Below are positions 9,439 to 19,537 of a stretch of 64,000 nt of DNA, one piece after another; within the stretch, counting starts at the first letter, position 1, and every line of letters starts with the position of its first letter. The notes beneath the pieces are model-generated. The model ran no database searches and had not been told where the DNA came from. It worked only from the letters and a program-made list of their open reading frames with translations. Both the position numbers and the translations under genes were made by a program. Source of the DNA: Brevundimonas sp. (lineage in GTDB: Bacteria; Pseudomonadota; Alphaproteobacteria; Caulobacterales; Caulobacteraceae). The stretch covers positions 20,991-84,990 of the forward strand of contig NZ_JAUXQZ010000031.1 of NCBI RefSeq assembly GCF_030682035.1, given 5' to 3'.

Positions 9439-10755
9439 GTGAAGCTGATCACATCATTGTTGGCCGCCGCGGCATTGTTGGGTGCGACGAGCGTTGCCGC
9501 GCAAACGCCCGCACCCGCCCCTGTATCCCCTGTGGAAGGAACGACGTTCGTTCATGTGGGGCGGCTTCTGGCCGATCCGTCGACCGGCGTTGTGCAACGC
9601 GATAAAACTCTCGTGATCGAAGGGAACCGAATCGTCCAGGTGCGCGACGGCTTCGTCGGAGAGGGCCGTATCGTTGATCTGCGCGACTCATTCGTGCTGC
9701 CCGGGCTGATCGACAGCCATGTCCATCTGACCCAGCAGCAGAACCCCAATGCGCGTCTGGAGGCGGTCACCCAGTCGAACGCGGAACAGGCGATGGCCGG
9801 CGCCCGCTATGCCCGTCGCACGCTGATGGCGGGCTTCACCACCGTGGCCGACCTGGGGGGGACCAATGAGTCCGTCTTCGCCCTGCGCGACGCCATCCGG
9901 CGCGGCGACATCCCGGGGCCTCGCGTTATCGCCTCGGGTTCGTCGGTATCGGTCCATGGCGGGCATGGCGACATCAACGGCTATCGAGAAGACGTCATGC
10001 ACCTGTTGTCGAACGAGAGCGTCTGCTCGGGCGCCGATGACTGTATGCGGGCGGTGCGGCTGCAGGTCCGGTCGGGGGCCGACATCATCAAGATCACCGC
10101 GACCGGCGGCGTGCTGTCGAACACGGCGGCGGGGCTGGGTCAGCAGTTCTCGGATGAGGAGCTGGCGGCCATCGTCGGCGCCGCGCATCGGATGGGGCGC
10201 CAGGTGACGGCACACGCCCATGGGGTCGATGGGATCAACGCCTTCCTGCGGGCCGGAGGCGATTCGATTGAGCACGGCACCTATCTGGACGATGAATCGA
10301 TCCGGCTGTTCCGCCGCGAGGGGACCTATCTGGTGCCCACCTTGCTGGCCGGGGATTTCGTGGGGCGGATCGCCTCGGGCCCCAACAATTTCTTCACCCC
10401 GGCCCAGACCGCCAAGGCGCTGGAGGCCGGGCCGAAGATGCTGGACATGGCGCGGCGCGCGCACGAGGGCAGGGTACGGATCGCCTTCGGCACTGACAGC
10501 GGCGTCTCGGCCCACGGCGACAACGCCCAGGAGTTCGCCCTGATGGTCCAGGCCGGTATGACGCCGCTCGAAGCGATCCAGGCGGCCACGGTGAATGCGG
10601 CGGCGCATCTGCGGATTTCCCAGGAGGCCGGACGGGTCGCGTCGGGCATGCCGGCGGACCTGATCGCGGTCAGCGGCGATCCGCTGACCGATGTGACGGA
10701 GCTGGAGCGGGTGCGGTTCGTGATGCGCGGCGGGGTGGTTTACCGGGCGGAGTGA
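9439..10755 (+). CDS. Secreted metal-dependent amidohydrolase (Xaa-Pro dipeptidase-like)
   Basis: PGLIDSHVH, AHAHG, SIEHG, AFGTDSG; signal peptide; GGAGG precedes the GTG at 9439. Confidence 0.9.
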   Translation: MKLITSLLAAAALLGATSVAAQTPAPAPVSPVEGTTFVHVGRLLADPSTGVVQRDKTLVIEGNRIVQVRDGFVGEGRIVDLRDSFVLPGLIDSHVHLTQQQNPNARLEAVTQSNAEQAMAGARYARRTLMAGFTTVADLGGTNESVFALRDAIRRGDIPGPRVIASGSSVSVHGGHGDINGYREDVMHLLSNESVCSGADDCMRAVRLQVRSGADIIKITATGGVLSNTAAGLGQQFSDEELAAIVGAAHRMGRQVTAHAHGVDGINAFLRAGGDSIEHGTYLDDESIRLFRREGTYLVPTLLAGDFVGRIASGPNNFFTPAQTAKALEAGPKMLDMARRAHEGRVRIAFGTDSGVSAHGDNAQEFALMVQAGMTPLEAIQAATVNAAAHLRISQEAGRVASGMPADLIAVSGDPLTDVTELERVRFVMRGGVVYRAE

Positions 10756-11762
10756 GCCTGGACCGCCTTCAGCAGCAGCCGCTGAAACGCCGCCTCGTCC
10801 TCGAGGGTCGCCTTGACCGGCCATGGGAGCACCCGCTCCCGCCATTCGGGCGGCAGGCGGAACCAGTCCTTTTCGGTGGTGACCAGCCGGGCACCGTAAC
10901 GGTCGGCTCGGTCGGCGAGGAAGGCGAGATCGCCCTCGCGAAAGGCGGCGTGATCGGGGAAGGGGGCGAAGTCGATCAGTTCGGCGCCGGCGGCGTCGAG
11001 GGCGCGCTCGACCTTCCACGGCTTGGCGATGCCGGCGAAGCCGATGATCGGACCCTTGGGCGGCGGCGCGGCGGGCATCAGCCGGGCCACATGGACCGGC
11101 AGATCGCCGAAGGCCTCCATCAGCTCGGGATCGACGCCCGGGGCGTCGGCGGGCAGCAGGACCACGACGGCGTCGGCGCGGCCGAGGCCATGGCGGAGCT
11201 TCTCGCGCATCGGACCCGACGGAAACACCGAGCCGTCGCCGAAGGGCCATTCGTCGCCGCGCGTCTCGCCGTCCACGACGACGAGGCTGAGCGTCTTTTT
11301 CAGCGTCGGATTCTGGTGGGCGTCGTCGAGGACCAGAACCTGTGCGCCGGCCGCCGCCGCGGCGCGGGCGCCGGCGACGCGGTCAAGGGCGATCCAGGTC
11401 GGGCCGCCGAGGGCCAGCATCAGGGGCTCGTCGCCGACGTCGGCGGCGGTGTGGATCGCGGCATCGACCTGCGTCGGCTCGCGCAACGATCCGCCATAAC
11501 CGCGCGACAGCCCATGGGCGTCGATCCCGGCCTCACGCAGCAGGCGGACGGCCTCGCGCGTGACGGGTGTCTTGCCTGAGCCGCCGACGGTCAGATTGCC
11601 GACCGAGATGATGGGCACGCCCGGATCGACGGGCACGGCGCGGGCGATGCGGCGGGCGGTGGCGGCGGCCCAGATCCAGGACAGGGGTTGGAGCAGGGTG
11701 CGGGCCACCGCGCCGTGGCGGGCGTCGCGCGTGTACCACCAGCGGGGGGTGTTGAGCTTCAT
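10740..11762 (-). CDS. lpxK: Tetraacyldisaccharide 4'-kinase
   Basis: VGNLTVGGSGKTP, SRGYGG, GDEP, LDDAHQ, TTEKD. Confidence 0.96.
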   Translation of the reverse strand: MKLNTPRWWYTRDARHGAVARTLLQPLSWIWAAATARRIARAVPVDPGVPIISVGNLTVGGSGKTPVTREAVRLLREAGIDAHGLSRGYGGSLREPTQVDAAIHTAADVGDEPLMLALGGPTWIALDRVAGARAAAAAGAQVLVLDDAHQNPTLKKTLSLVVVDGETRGDEWPFGDGSVFPSGPMREKLRHGLGRADAVVVLLPADAPGVDPELMEAFGDLPVHVARLMPAAPPPKGPIIGFAGIAKPWKVERALDAAGAELIDFAPFPDHAAFREGDLAFLADRADRYGARLVTTEKDWFRLPPEWRERVLPWPVKATLEDEAAFQRLLLKAVQAHSAR

Positions 11763-13054
11763 CGGCGGCCTCGCTGAGGAGCGGGCGGCAGCAAGGAGGC
11801 AAGCGTCTCCCACAGGCGGTCGAGGCCTGAGCCGGCGTCGGCGGCGGCGCGGCGGCCGCGCTCGCCCATCGCCCTGGCGGCGTCAGAGTCGGCCAGCAGG
11901 GGAGCGAGGACGGCGGGCAGGTCCCACGGGGCCTCCACCACCGTCAGGCCGCCGGACTGAACCAGAGCCTGCGTCACGGCGGCCCAGTTGATCATGTCGG
12001 GGCCGGTGACTGCGGGCTTGCCGAGCCGGGCGGGTTCAAGCGGATTGTGGCCGCCCACCGGGGGCTTCTCGAGCGCCGCGGAGAAGGAGCCGCCCATGAC
12101 CACGACATCGGCGAGGCGCAGGAACAGTCCCATCTCGCCCAAGGTGTCGGCCAGATAGAGGTCGGTGTCGCGATCGGGCTCACGGCCTTGCGACCGCAGG
12201 GCGAAACGGTAGCCGTCGCGCTCCAAACCCGCGGCGATCTCGGCGCTGCGGGCGGGATGGCGAGGCACGAGGATCAAGCACAGCCGGTCGGTCAGCCGGT
12301 CGAGGGCGCGGACGAGGGCGATTTCCTCGCCGTCATGGGTGCTGGCGGCGACGACCACGGGCCGGTCGCCGATGGCGGCGCTAAGGCGGGTGAAGGCGGC
12401 GGGGTCGTGCGGAGGGGCCTCGCCGGAGAGTTTGAGATTCACATGGCCGTCGATGCGAGCGCCGAGGCTGTGCAGTCGTGCGGCGGAGGTCTCGTCCTGC
12501 GGCAGTATGCGGTCGAAGGCGGAGAGGATTTCACGGACCGCGCCGGGGAACCGTCGCCAGCCGTCGACGGTCTTTTCTGTGATGCGGGCGCTGGCGAGAA
12601 CCAGTTTCACGCCGCGCTTGCGAGCCTCGAGGATCAGATTGGGCCAGAGCTCGCTCTCGACGAAGACGGCCAGCGAGGGCCGCCAGTGGTCGAGGAAGGC
12701 GGCGACCGCGCCCGGCGTATCGACCGGGGCGAACTGGTGCATGACCCCGGTCGGCAGTCGCTGGACGAGCAGGGTCGCCGAGGTCAGGGTGCCGGAGGTG
12801 ACCAGAACGGCGAGGTCCGGCCGGTGACGGCGCAGGCGTTCGACCACGGGCAGGAGCGACAGGGTTTCGCCGACGCTGACGCCGTGCAGCCAGACCAGAT
12901 CGCCCGCGGGCCGTGGGACAGAGGCGCGGCCGAGCCGTTCGTCGACGCGGGCGGGATCCTCCTTGCCCTGTTTGGCGCGGGCGTCGAGCAGGCGCGGGGC
13001 GAGCGGCTCCAGCAACCGGGTCAGGAGGCGGTAGAAGATCAGGGCTGGGCTCAC
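11759..13054 (-). CDS. waaA: Kdo transferase
   Basis: WLHGVSVGE, ESELWPN, ASTH, VPRHP, GGHNPLEP; GTG start at 13054. Confidence 0.96.
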   Translation of the reverse strand: MSPALIFYRLLTRLLEPLAPRLLDARAKQGKEDPARVDERLGRASVPRPAGDLVWLHGVSVGETLSLLPVVERLRRHRPDLAVLVTSGTLTSATLLVQRLPTGVMHQFAPVDTPGAVAAFLDHWRPSLAVFVESELWPNLILEARKRGVKLVLASARITEKTVDGWRRFPGAVREILSAFDRILPQDETSAARLHSLGARIDGHVNLKLSGEAPPHDPAAFTRLSAAIGDRPVVVAASTHDGEEIALVRALDRLTDRLCLILVPRHPARSAEIAAGLERDGYRFALRSQGREPDRDTDLYLADTLGEMGLFLRLADVVVMGGSFSAALEKPPVGGHNPLEPARLGKPAVTGPDMINWAAVTQALVQSGGLTVVEAPWDLPAVLAPLLADSDAARAMGERGRRAAADAGSGLDRLWETLASLLPPAPQRGRR

Positions 13055-13055
13055 G

Positions 13056-13742
13056 TCAAACGCGCTCCAGGCCAGTGATCGCGTCGGCGGCGGCCTCCAC
13101 AGCCGTAAGCCGTTCTGTCCACGCCCGGGCGACATCCACCAGTTCAGCGCCTTCAGGGTAGTGATTGACGTCCCACACGATGGCGCCGCGTGCAAAGGGC
13201 AGGGGCAGGACTGCGCGGTCCCAGCTGTTGAGACGGATCGCCGGCTTGCAGGACACACCGATGAAGAGCACCGGCGCCTTCGACAGCTTGGCCAGCAGGG
13301 GGAGACCCTCACCCATTTTGCGCGACGGGCCACGTGGGCCGTCAGGCGTGATGGCCAGACCGCCGACCTTGAGCTGGCGCAGGCCGTCGCGCAGGGCCTG
13401 GGCGCCGCCCTTGCCCCGGTCAGCCTTGTCCTTGTTGGTGGAGGAGCCGCGGATGGCCGGGAAGCCCCGGCGGGCCAGCGCCTTGGCGAGGAACTGGCCG
13501 TCGGGACTGAGGGAGACCAGGGCCTTGACCGGCTGGGCCCGGTCATGCGGCCAGCAGGCGGTGGCCAGACCGATGCGCGAATGCCAGAAGGCGCACAGTA
13601 CGCCGCCGCCCTGCTTCCAGATGGCTTCGGCCACGCCCTCATTGTGATGCGTCCAGCGAATGGTGGCGAAGCAGAATCGCATCCAGCCGGCCAGCAGCCA
13701 GGCGAGGACGCCCTGGATGAGAGGGTTGCGGAGAGGTCTCAT
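13056..13742 (-). CDS. lpxJ: DUF374/LpxJ-type lipid A acyltransferase
   Basis: FWH, SLSPDG, IRGSS, ITPDGPRGP; lies between msbA and waaA as in Caulobacter. Confidence 0.8.
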   Translation of the reverse strand: MRPLRNPLIQGVLAWLLAGWMRFCFATIRWTHHNEGVAEAIWKQGGGVLCAFWHSRIGLATACWPHDRAQPVKALVSLSPDGQFLAKALARRGFPAIRGSSTNKDKADRGKGGAQALRDGLRQLKVGGLAITPDGPRGPSRKMGEGLPLLAKLSKAPVLFIGVSCKPAIRLNSWDRAVLPLPFARGAIVWDVNHYPEGAELVDVARAWTERLTAVEAAADAITGLERV

Positions 13743-15580
13743 ATCACCGCCGTGACGGGGTCCCCGTCCAACGACTGCTGTTTCGCAAGACGCGAATAGC
13801 GTCCGCCAAGCTTGACCAGTTCGGCGTGGTTCCCGGTCTCAACGACCCGCCCGGCCTCGATCACATGGATGCGGTCGGCCTTGCGGACAGTGGACAGGCG
13901 GTGGGCGATCATCAGCGTCGCGCGCCCCTGCATCAGGCGTTCGAGGGCGGCCTGGACCAGCGCCTCGCTTTCGGTGTCGAGGGCCGAGGTGGCCTCGTCC
14001 AGCAGCAGGATCGGCGCGTCCTTGAGGAAGGCGCGCGCGATGGCGATACGCTGACGCTGGCCGCCGGACAGGCGCAGGCCCGCCTCGCCGGCGCGGGTCG
14101 CATAGCCCTCGGGCAGCGCCGTGATGAACTCATGAGCGGCGGCGGCCTGGGCGGCGGCGACGACCTGTTCGGCCGTGGCGCCGTGGCGGCCGTAGGCGAT
14201 GTTGGCGGCGATGGTGTCGTCGAACAGAAAGGGCTCCTGGGTCACCAGGGCGATGGAGGCGCGCAGGTCGTGCAGCTTCAGTTCGCGGATGTCGCGGCCA
14301 TTGAGGGTCACGGCGCCGCCCGTCACGTCATAGAAGCGCGGGAGCAGGCTGAGGATCGTACTCTTGCCGCCGCCCGACGGGCCGACCAGGGCGACGGTCT
14401 CGCCGGGGGCGACGGTCAGGCTGACATCCGACAGGGTCGGCGCCGCGCCGTCGGAGGTGGGTCCATAGGCGAAGGAGACACGGTCGAAGGTCACGGTGGT
14501 CGGTCCGTGCTCGAACGGCGCGGCGTCAGGCGTCTCGCGAATCTCGGGCTGGATATCCAGGGCGGCGAACAGGCGGCGGGCGGCGGTCAGGCCCTCGGTC
14601 ATCACGGTCTGGAGATTGGTAACCTGCCGCAACGATTGGCCGGCGGCCATCAGCAGGCCGATGAAGGCGGCGAAGGAGCCGATGCTCATGGCCCCGTCCC
14701 GCGCCCGCCATCCGGCGTAGGCCATGACGGCGGCGACCACGATCATGGCGACCAGATTGGAGAAGGGTCCAGCGAAGGCGCGGGCGTCGGCGCTCTTGAT
14801 CACGTGCCGCTGGCGGCGCGAGACCACTTCGCCGACGCGGGATTGCTCGGCGGCCTCGCGGTTCTCGATCTTGATCAGGCGGACGCCGTCGAGGTTCTCC
14901 ATCAGGGCGGTGGAGAGGTTCTCGGTCTCCTTCATCGCCCCCGTCGTGGCCTTGCGCGTGCGCCGGGAGAAGCGGCGCAGGACGAGGGTGGTCAGGGGCA
15001 CGCCCAGCAGGACGATGGCCGTCAGCCTCCAGTCGATGAACGCCATGGCCACGATCACGGCGAACAGGGTGATGCTGTGCTGGGTGTAGTTGACCACGCC
15101 GTTGGTGAAGGCCTCGCGCACCAGATTGGCGTCGAACAGCACCGAGGAGACGAAGCTGCCGGTGTGCTGGCTGCGCAGCCGGGCCAGGTCGGCGCGGATC
15201 ATGGCGCCGAACAGCCGCACCTGGATGTCGCCGACGATGCCATGGCCCAGGCGGTTTACCAGGGCGGCCTGTCCCAGCGAGGCGATGGTCCAGACGACGG
15301 CGACCAGAATGATGGCGGCGGGGATGTAGACGAGGGCCTGACCCGGCGGGATGTCGATCACGCCCCACAGCCTGATGGGGGCGTCCGCCTTCAGAAACAG
15401 GCCGTTGATGGCGGGTTCCAGCAGCTTCAACGTCAGGGCCGCCAGGCCGCCGGCCACGGCCGCGCACAGCATCGACAGGAACAGCGGCGCCTTGTGGTGC
15501 GAGAGGTAGTCGCGCCAGATCCGCGCCAGCAGGGGGCGCAGCGGCTCTCTTTCCTCGGCGGCGTGGGCGGGCGTCGTCAT
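13739..15580 (-). CDS. msbA: MsbA-like lipid A flippase (ABC transporter)
   Basis: TM domain plus NBD (GPSGGGKS, LSGGQRQR, LLLDEATSALD); ATG at 15580. Confidence 0.92.
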   Translation of the reverse strand: MTTPAHAAEEREPLRPLLARIWRDYLSHHKAPLFLSMLCAAVAGGLAALTLKLLEPAINGLFLKADAPIRLWGVIDIPPGQALVYIPAAIILVAVVWTIASLGQAALVNRLGHGIVGDIQVRLFGAMIRADLARLRSQHTGSFVSSVLFDANLVREAFTNGVVNYTQHSITLFAVIVAMAFIDWRLTAIVLLGVPLTTLVLRRFSRRTRKATTGAMKETENLSTALMENLDGVRLIKIENREAAEQSRVGEVVSRRQRHVIKSADARAFAGPFSNLVAMIVVAAVMAYAGWRARDGAMSIGSFAAFIGLLMAAGQSLRQVTNLQTVMTEGLTAARRLFAALDIQPEIRETPDAAPFEHGPTTVTFDRVSFAYGPTSDGAAPTLSDVSLTVAPGETVALVGPSGGGKSTILSLLPRFYDVTGGAVTLNGRDIRELKLHDLRASIALVTQEPFLFDDTIAANIAYGRHGATAEQVVAAAQAAAAHEFITALPEGYATRAGEAGLRLSGGQRQRIAIARAFLKDAPILLLDEATSALDTESEALVQAALERLMQGRATLMIAHRLSTVRKADRIHVIEAGRVVETGNHAELVKLGGRYSRLAKQQSLDGDPVTAVI

Positions 15581-15661
15581 CGGTCCGAGGTCGGACGGGA
15601 CGGGGGGGAAGTCAAGCGGGGAGACGGTGACGGTCGTGCCGCAAACAGCTATCTCCCCTGC

Positions 15662-16327
15662 ATGCCCCGCTACGATCTCACCTCCCCCGCCGGCCGGTTT
15701 CGCGCCCGGTGGGACTATGTCTGGAAGGACCACGCCTTTTTGCGGCGGTGGTTCATGAACGCCCACTGGCTGGGGCCGGACCTGGTGCGGACCAACCAGC
15801 CGTCGCCGCGCCAGCTGGCGTACTGGAAGACGCAGGGAATCCGGACCGTCATCAACCTGCGCGGGGCGCGGGACGAGGCCTATTATGCGCTGGAGAAGGC
15901 GGCGTGCGCGCGGCTGGGGCTGACGCTGATCGACGCGCCGCTGGATTCGCGCGATCCGCCGCAGAAAGAGCGGGTGCACCGGGCGCGGGAGCTGTTCGGG
16001 ACGATCGAATATCCGGTGCTGATCCACTGCAAGTCTGGCGCGGACCGGGCGGGGATGATGGCGGTCTTCTATCGCCACTTCCATCTGGGCGAGCCGATCT
16101 CGGAGGCGATCCGGCAGCTGGACAAGAAATACCTGCACCACCGCGAGGGGCTGACCGGGGTGCTGGACTATACGCTGGAGAAATACCTGAGGGAGGTCGA
16201 GCCGACCGGCGTCAGTTTCATCGACTGGGTCGACAGCGACACCTACGATCCGAAGGCGATCCGGGCCGAATTCAAGGCCAGCTGGTGGGGCACGGTGCTG
16301 ACGGAGAAGCTGCTGAAGCGGGAATAG
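15662..16327 (+). CDS. ctpA: CtpA-like tyrosine/dual-specificity phosphatase
   Basis: HCKSGADR P-loop; divergent from msbA-lpxJ-waaA-lpxK as described for Caulobacter ctpA. Confidence 0.85.
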   Translation: MPRYDLTSPAGRFRARWDYVWKDHAFLRRWFMNAHWLGPDLVRTNQPSPRQLAYWKTQGIRTVINLRGARDEAYYALEKAACARLGLTLIDAPLDSRDPPQKERVHRARELFGTIEYPVLIHCKSGADRAGMMAVFYRHFHLGEPISEAIRQLDKKYLHHREGLTGVLDYTLEKYLREVEPTGVSFIDWVDSDTYDPKAIRAEFKASWWGTVLTEKLLKRE

Positions 16328-16333
16328 CCGGTG

Positions 16334-16564
16334 TCAGCCCCAGGGGCCGCGCGGCTCGCTCTTTTCAGATGGCGACCGGGGTTCTCCGCCCTCGGCGGCG
16401 ATCTCGGCCTCGCGACGCGCCTTGCGCTCGGCGTTCCAGGTCTTGAGCCAATGAGATTCACGACGGTTGCCGCGCCAGACGCTGATCCAGAGGACCAGCA
16501 CCAGCAGCATTGAGGCCAGGGAGGCGATCTCCGTTCCGTCGAAGGTTCGGCCGAACAGGGTCAA
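16334..16564 (-). CDS. Small membrane protein, unknown function
   Basis: One TM segment and charged tail ending RGPWG; TTG start uncertain. Confidence 0.6.
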   Translation of the reverse strand: MTLFGRTFDGTEIASLASMLLVLVLWISVWRGNRRESHWLKTWNAERKARREAEIAAEGGEPRSPSEKSEPRGPWG

Positions 16565-16649
16565 GGGCGGGGTTCCTGCAAAGGGGCGTCGGGATCAGGC
16601 GCGTCAGTATAGTCCTCAAAGCGCGCCGGGTCGAAACCCGGCTCCGCCG

Positions 16650-16898
16650 TCAGTGGGCGTGCGTGTCGCCGCGCGGGTCGATCATCCGGTGGGCATGCAG
16701 GATAAAGAACCGCATATGGGCGTTGTCGACCGTGGCCTGGGCCCTGGCCTTCCAGGCCTTGCGGGCTTCCTCGTAGTTCGGGAAGGCGCCGACAAACTCG
16801 ACCTTGGTCAGGTCGCGGAACACCGGGGCGTCAAGGTGGCGCAGCTCGCCGCCGATGACGAGGTGGAGCAGCTGGGGGGAGTCGGTTTCGGCGGTCAT
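16650..16898 (-). CDS. DUF4170 family protein
   Basis: LHLVIGGEL, VGAFPNY, AQATVDNAHMRFFI. Confidence 0.88.
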   Translation of the reverse strand: MTAETDSPQLLHLVIGGELRHLDAPVFRDLTKVEFVGAFPNYEEARKAWKARAQATVDNAHMRFFILHAHRMIDPRGDTHAH

Positions 16899-16920
16899 GG
16901 GGCGTCCGGAGATGAGCGAG

Positions 16921-17718
16921 CTAGCGGGGCGCCAGCGGAATAGGCGCTGTCCGCCGCACGATCAACGGGTGAAGCGCCGGAGCGCTGCATACAAGACTGT
17001 TCTGCCGCGGATCGGCCTGGTTGAAGCGCCAGGCGTGGCCGTGGTGGTCGCTGACCCGGCCGCCGGCCTCCTCGACGATCAGGGCGCCGGCGCAGACGTC
17101 CCAGTCCCATTTCGGGGTCAGGTTGATGGCCGCGTCGAAGGCCCCGGCGGCGACGAGCGCCATGCGGTAGGCGATGGCGTTGCGTTTCTCGAACCGCATG
17201 GCGGGCCAAGGCTCGATCCAGTGCGGCCCTTCGATCAGCCGGGCGTCGGCCAACACGGAGGCGTCGTCCAGATCGGTGGTGTCAGAGGCGGTGATCGGTC
17301 GGCCTTGCAAGAACGCGCCGCCGCCGAGCGTGGCGGTGAAGGTCTCCCCCAGGGCCGGAGCGTGGATCACAGCGGCGACGGGTCGGCCGTCCTCGACCAT
17401 GGCAATGGGAATGCACCACCAAGGCTTGCCCTTCATATAGGCGACGGTGCCGTCGATCGGATCGACCACGAAAATGCGGCGGTTTGACAGGCGTTCGGCG
17501 TTGTCGGCGGTCTCTTCGGACAACCAGCCGTGGTCGGGCCGGGCTGACAGCAGCGCATCCTTGAGCAACTGGTCGACGGCCATGTCGGCCGAGGTGACGG
17601 GAGAGCCGCCGGACTTGGACCAAATCTTCAGCCCGGCGTCGCGTTCGGCCAGCGCCAGCCGGCCCGCGGCCTCGGCCGCATCGCGGATCAGGTCGAGATC
17701 GGCCGCGAGGTCGCTCAT
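16921..17718 (-). CDS. Inositol monophosphatase/CysQ family phosphatase
   Basis: LSEE, VDPIDGT, WDVCAG. Confidence 0.92.
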   Translation of the reverse strand: MSDLAADLDLIRDAAEAAGRLALAERDAGLKIWSKSGGSPVTSADMAVDQLLKDALLSARPDHGWLSEETADNAERLSNRRIFVVDPIDGTVAYMKGKPWWCIPIAMVEDGRPVAAVIHAPALGETFTATLGGGAFLQGRPITASDTTDLDDASVLADARLIEGPHWIEPWPAMRFEKRNAIAYRMALVAAGAFDAAINLTPKWDWDVCAGALIVEEAGGRVSDHHGHAWRFNQADPRQNSLVCSAPALHPLIVRRTAPIPLAPR

Positions 17719-19070
17719 TTGCCGGCGATGGCGACGCCGTCGAACATCAACGACGGACTGTTGAAACTGCCGCGGAATTCCAGGTCCGAGCCCCGCTCAA
17801 GCCGCGTCCAGAGGTCAGCCAGATTGCCGGCGACGGTGACGCCGCTGACCGGCCAGACGATCTCGCCGTTCTCGAACCAGAAACCGGAGACACCCGCTGA
17901 CCAGTCGCCGGTGTTGGCGTTCAGCGAGGGGCCGAACATGGAGGTGACCAGCAGGCCCGTCCCGGCGTCAGCCATCAGTCCATTGAGGTCCCGCTCACCC
18001 GGCTCCAGGTGCAGGTTGTGGGTCGAGACGCCGGGCGGTCCGGCAAGGCCGCGCGAGGCGTGGCCGGTCGAGGCGAGTCCCAGCTGGGCGGCGGCGGCGC
18101 TGTTCAGCAGCCAGGTGGTCAGGACGCCGTCCTGCACGATCGACTGGCGCGACACGGCCACGCCCTCGTCGTCGAACGGGGTCGAGCCGAGGCCGCGGAT
18201 GCGGAACGGGTCGTCGATCAGATCGACCCCGGCCGGCAGGATCCGCTGGCCGAGGCGGTCCTTCAGGAACGAGGTGCCGCGCGCGATGGAAGGGCCGGAG
18301 ATGGCGCCGAGGATGGGCGAGATGACCTGCGCAGCGATGCGGTTCTCGAAGATCACCGGCGCGGTGGTCGAGTCGATCTTGCGCGGTCCGGTGCGGGCCA
18401 CGGCGCGCCGCCCGGCGAAGTCGCCGATCGAGGCGGCGGAGGGCAGATCGGACAGATGGCGGACGGCGCGGTGTTCGCCTCCGCGCTCCATGGCGCCGTC
18501 CTTTTCGGCGATGACGCCGACGCCGAGCGAGAAGGCCGAGCCGTGATAGGCGCCGTCGAAGCCGTGCGAGGTGACCAGCCGCCAGCGGCTGGTCGAGGCC
18601 GAGGCGTGGCCGCCTTCGGATTTTGCGACGCCGGGCACCGCCATGGCGGCGGATTCGGTTTCGGCGGCCATGGCTTCGAGGTCAGGGGCGCTGCGCTCGG
18701 CGGGGTCAAACAGGTCGAGGTCGGCGAAGGGGCCGCGGGCAAGGCGGTCTCGCGGGGCGAGGCCCGCATAGGGGTCTTCGGGGGCCAGCCGGGCCATGGC
18801 CACGGCGCGCTCGACCAGCCGGGCGCGGGTGGCGTCGGACAGGTCCGAGGCGGAGACGACAGCTGAGCGTCGGCCAATGAAGACACGCAGGCCGAGGTCG
18901 CGGCTCTCTTCGCGCTCGACGTCTTCCAGCGCGCCGTTGCGGACGCCGACGGACAGGGAGGCGCGCTCGGCCGAGACGGCCTCGGCGGCGTCGGCCCCGG
19001 CCCTCAGGGCGGCGGCGACCAGATCGGGCAGGATGTCGGGAGAGGCGGCGGTGTCACGCGGGGAGGTCAT
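17715..19070 (-). CDS. pmbA: TldD/PmbA family protein (PmbA-like)
   Basis: PFDDEG, TGHASR, TGDWS, GFWFENG; no HExxH motif. Confidence 0.88.
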   Translation of the reverse strand: MTSPRDTAASPDILPDLVAAALRAGADAAEAVSAERASLSVGVRNGALEDVEREESRDLGLRVFIGRRSAVVSASDLSDATRARLVERAVAMARLAPEDPYAGLAPRDRLARGPFADLDLFDPAERSAPDLEAMAAETESAAMAVPGVAKSEGGHASASTSRWRLVTSHGFDGAYHGSAFSLGVGVIAEKDGAMERGGEHRAVRHLSDLPSAASIGDFAGRRAVARTGPRKIDSTTAPVIFENRIAAQVISPILGAISGPSIARGTSFLKDRLGQRILPAGVDLIDDPFRIRGLGSTPFDDEGVAVSRQSIVQDGVLTTWLLNSAAAAQLGLASTGHASRGLAGPPGVSTHNLHLEPGERDLNGLMADAGTGLLVTSMFGPSLNANTGDWSAGVSGFWFENGEIVWPVSGVTVAGNLADLWTRLERGSDLEFRGSFNSPSLMFDGVAIAGK

Positions 19071-19110
19071 GCCCCGATATGGCCGGGCCGCCCCATGGGT
19101 GCAACCGCCG

Positions 19111-19530
19111 TCAGGAGAAGGCGGCGAAGATCAACAGTCCTGCCATGCCAAGGAACGGGACGTAGGTCAGAAGCATACCCAGCATCCGCCCGACCGCCGG
19201 CTGCTTCTCCTGCGCCATGCCCCAGGCATGCAACACCCGGCCCAGCAGGAAGGCACCGCCCAGCGCGTGCACGAGCGCCGCGCTGTAAAAGACCGCCACG
19301 ACGGCCAGGGCGACAAGGGCCAGCGGCATGTATTCGATGGCGTTGCCGAAGGCGCGGGTCGTGGCCGTCAGCTCCGGCTGACCGCCGTCGCCGACCGACA
19401 CCTTCAGGCGGCGCCGGCCCGTGCTGATCCTCAGCGACAGGAACAGCACGAACAGCAGCGACAGGCCGGTCCACAGGGCGACGGCCATGAAGGCTTCAGT
19501 GCGGAAGCCCAGAAACTGTTCGGGGGTCAT
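19111..19530 (-). CDS. MAPEG family membrane protein
   Basis: RAFGNAIEY, GRVLHAWG; about 4 TM segments. Confidence 0.88.
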   Translation of the reverse strand: MTPEQFLGFRTEAFMAVALWTGLSLLFVLFLSLRISTGRRRLKVSVGDGGQPELTATTRAFGNAIEYMPLALVALAVVAVFYSAALVHALGGAFLLGRVLHAWGMAQEKQPAVGRMLGMLLTYVPFLGMAGLLIFAAFS

Positions 19531-19537
19531 GGCGGGC

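Noticed and set aside
11759-13642. Extended ORF-track starts for waaA, and similarly msbA, rnhB, tag, dgt, scpA and the cyclase
   Set aside because: The extensions overlap neighbouring genes or repeats; shorter starts fit stop/start overlaps and family N-termini.
13826-16327. 833-aa ORF apparently fusing a long N-terminus to the phosphatase
   Set aside because: The N-terminal part is the antisense of msbA; the real gene starts at 15662.
10740-16327. Phosphatase divergent from a lipid A operon as a new system
   Set aside because: Already described in Caulobacter (ctpA with msbA-lpxJ-kdtA-lpxK).
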